27,530 bases of DNA from a virus (lineage: Duplodnaviria; Caudoviricetes), in the IMG/VR virus record IMGVR_UViG_3300012948_000017, positions 1-27,530 of that record. One strand, 5' to 3'. The stretch's first letter is position 1. Every line of letters starts with the position of its first letter. Made by a program: the position numbers and the translations under genes. This document shows, in pieces, positions 25,319-27,530 of the stretch. The notes beneath the pieces were generated by a model that was not told the DNA's origin, did not search any database, and saw only the letters and a list, made by a program, of their open reading frames with translations.

Positions 25319-27012
25319 AGCGTTATCAACCCGCGCGTTTCGTAGACGGACGCGGGCGCGGTAGCCTCCAGCGTGGCGCGCCCTATCGCCATCACCAACG
25401 CGACTATGCCGTCAATCTTGTCCCGCGAACGTTCGCGGTCCGGTTTGATTTGCTCGTCCGGCCCATGCCGTAACGCCACGTTGGAGGCCATCCACCGTAG
25501 GACCGGATTGCCGGTCCCGCGAAGCTTCCGGGAGGCCAAAAGCTTTTCTAGTTCCTTCGACGGCGACGACATCCCGCTAAAGGACTGCGGGTAATCGATG
25601 ATGCGCGATTCCCCTAGGCGGTCCTTCAGGTGCGTCACCAATTGCGTGATGTTCCACCGGTCGTGGGCTAGCTCCACCAATTGAAACCGCGCGAGGTCCG
25701 CTAGTAGCTGTGCCTCCACTTGGTCATAGTCCGTGACGTTCCCCTCCGTCGCCGTTATCAGTCCTTGGTCAACCCAATGCTGGAGAGTCAACCGGTCGGC
25801 CTCGGACCGGTCCGTTTCCGCCGCGATGATGTTGTCGCGCGGGATCCAAAACCGCATGAGGACATCAAACCCGCCGGCATCGTCAGGGAAGAGGAAGGCC
25901 GCCGCGCAGAGGTCCCGCCGTGACGCCATGTCGAGGCCGACGAACACGCGGCGGCCAAGCATTAGTGCGGGGTCCACCCTGGGCGGGCAGGCGTCCCACG
26001 CGTCCATATTTAGCCAACGCGTGTCTTGCTCCGTCCACGTACAGAAATTCAACCGGCGGACGATGTTTTCCTTGTGCGGCATGGTGACCGCGTCCTTGAC
26101 CAATTCCCGGAGGTAGGCCACCGGTAGCACCTGGCCCAACCCCGGGTTGGCCTTCGGCCACACCCGTTCGTCCCGCCAATCGTCCCCCTCGTCCAACGTG
26201 CAAACGTAGGCGAACCATCCGTCATTCTCGGAGGTCCCCTCTAGCACCTTTACGGATAGCTCATGGTGTTGCCAACAAACCGTCGTCCGATCAAACCCGC
26301 TGTTCGTGATTTCGAATATCAACGCGTTCCGGCGCCTCTTGGTCCCGGCCCGCATCTTGTCCACCACGATTCCGGTTTGATGTTCGTGTAGTTCATCGAT
26401 CAACGCCATGTGGACGCGCCGGCCATCGAGGCCGCGGTGTTCGGACGACACCGGCCGGAACATGGCGGACTCCGCGGGTATCGTCAGGGTCCCAATCTGA
26501 ACGTCCCCGCGTTCCGGCGAACGTATCAACGCGTCTAGCTCCGGGGAGGCCTTCACCATCCGCCACGCGTCTTTCCAAACGATTTTTGCTTGATCCTTGT
26601 CCGTGGCCGCGGAGTAGATTTCGGCCGCCGGTTCGCCGTCCGCCACCAACCCATAGAGGCCGATCCCGGCCGCTAGCGGCGTTTTCCCCGACCCCTTCCC
26701 CGTCTCCACGTAGGCCGTCCGGAACCGCCGGAACCCTTCGGCGTTGTACCAACCGAACACGGACCCCACCACGAATTGTTGCCAGTCCAGGAGGACGAAC
26801 GGGTCCCCGCTTTCCAACACCAGCATTTCGCGGAAAAACTCGATGGCCTTCGCCGCCATGTCGAGGCGCCACACGAGGCCGCGCGCCTTGGCTTGCCGCA
26901 CGTCCCGGAGGTGACGTTCGCACGCGAGGCGGACGAGGCGTCCCGCGACGACGCGCCCGGCGATGACTGCGCGCGCGTAGGACGCGACGGGATCAGGCCG
27001 CCGATCCGCCAT
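25315..27012 (-). CDS. terL: Terminase large subunit
   Basis: LACERHLRD, Walker A GKGSGKT, Walker B LIDELHEH, WPKANPGLG, nuclease motifs GLDMASRRDL and KIDGIVALVMA. Confidence 0.97.
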   Translation of the reverse strand: MADRRPDPVASYARAVIAGRVVAGRLVRLACERHLRDVRQAKARGLVWRLDMAAKAIEFFREMLVLESGDPFVLLDWQQFVVGSVFGWYNAEGFRRFRTAYVETGKGSGKTPLAAGIGLYGLVADGEPAAEIYSAATDKDQAKIVWKDAWRMVKASPELDALIRSPERGDVQIGTLTIPAESAMFRPVSSEHRGLDGRRVHMALIDELHEHQTGIVVDKMRAGTKRRRNALIFEITNSGFDRTTVCWQHHELSVKVLEGTSENDGWFAYVCTLDEGDDWRDERVWPKANPGLGQVLPVAYLRELVKDAVTMPHKENIVRRLNFCTWTEQDTRWLNMDAWDACPPRVDPALMLGRRVFVGLDMASRRDLCAAAFLFPDDAGGFDVLMRFWIPRDNIIAAETDRSEADRLTLQHWVDQGLITATEGNVTDYDQVEAQLLADLARFQLVELAHDRWNITQLVTHLKDRLGESRIIDYPQSFSGMSSPSKELEKLLASRKLRGTGNPVLRWMASNVALRHGPDEQIKPDRERSRDKIDGIVALVMAIGRATLEATAPASVYETRGLITL

Positions 27013-27415
27013 CGCGGAACCGCGCCAGTCTGGACACCGGCGCGGCCTTCGACACCTTCACCCGCGCACGGTCGGCCGGCGTCATCCCGAACCGCGCCCA
27101 TAATTGGCGTAGTTCCTTCGAGGTTTCGATTAGGACGGACTCCGGCATCCCCTGCGCCACTTGATCCCGGAATCTCACGGACAGCACACAGAGGACGCCT
27201 AGCGCGTCGTCGTCAATCGCCGTCAGGATCCCGTACCCGGTCAACCGCGCCGCGTGCCGTGCCCACTCCGCGCGTAGGACCTCGTCCGCCAGGATGAAGG
27301 CCGGCGGCGTCGCGCCGGGATCCGGCATCGGTTCGTCGTCACGTAGCGGCCTCTTGCCTGGGTTCCCGTTGAGGACCTTGACCGCGCGCGGTGTTGGTGG
27401 CCGTCCCCGCATCAT
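26993..27415 (-). CDS. terS: Terminase small subunit, P27 family
   Basis: MRGRPPTPRAVKVLNGNPGKRPL...FGMTPADRARV; start is 27415 or 27412. Confidence 0.93.
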   Translation of the reverse strand: MMRGRPPTPRAVKVLNGNPGKRPLRDDEPMPDPGATPPAFILADEVLRAEWARHAARLTGYGILTAIDDDALGVLCVLSVRFRDQVAQGMPESVLIETSKELRQLWARFGMTPADRARVKVSKAAPVSRLARFRDGGSAA

Positions 27416-27419
27416 CAAA

Positions 27420-27459
27420 CCTCAACTGGTACTATCCCGGCAGCCTCAACTGGTACTAT
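27420..27459. repeat. 16-bp perfect direct repeat upstream of terS
   Basis: CCTCAACTGGTACTAT at 27420-27435 and 27444-27459. Confidence 0.85.
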
Positions 27460-27530
27460 GTGCGGAAAACCGGAATTGTACAGTGTAAAACCGACAAAGG
27501 GCGCCAATTTTGCGTCCGCGCGCGATCCGA

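Larger units (their letters stand above)
1..27530. mobile_element. Temperate siphophage (HK97-like head, non-contractile tail), partial genome
   Basis: Ordered terS-terL-portal-protease-capsid-neck-tail-tape measure genes on the minus strand, plus integrase and HTH regulators; no sheath gene and no recognisable host housekeeping genes. Confidence 0.96.

Noticed and set aside
27420-27459. CRISPR array
   Set aside because: Only two 16-bp copies with an 8-bp spacer and no cas genes.
1-27530. Genome-wide stop-codon reassignment
   Set aside because: TGA, TAG and TAA all terminate well-supported genes, often with tight start/stop overlaps; only one internal TGA was found.

Overview
The whole window looks like part of a high-GC temperate siphophage with an HK97-type head. 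The minus strand (27415 down to 8289) carries the morphogenesis operon: small and large terminase, a glycosyltransferase-like gene, portal, prohead protease, a SAM methyltransferase, major capsid, neck and tail genes, a tail chaperone with a -1 frameshift site, tape measure and tail-tip proteins. The left part holds a divergent pair of HTH regulators with shared operators, a tyrosine integrase, about 18 small coupled accessory genes and a probable intact attP (5857-6048). The top observation is an ORF missing from the supplied track (3218-3484). It has one in-frame TGA followed by a GGTC-loop hairpin resembling a bacterial SECIS, so it is a candidate phage selenoprotein. Also notable are the glycosyltransferase and methyltransferase inside the head module, a two-state RNA structure over the capsid RBS, a DUF2283-SLOG fusion and a domain shared by two tail proteins. 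Family assignments come from motif recognition by eye; no searches were run.
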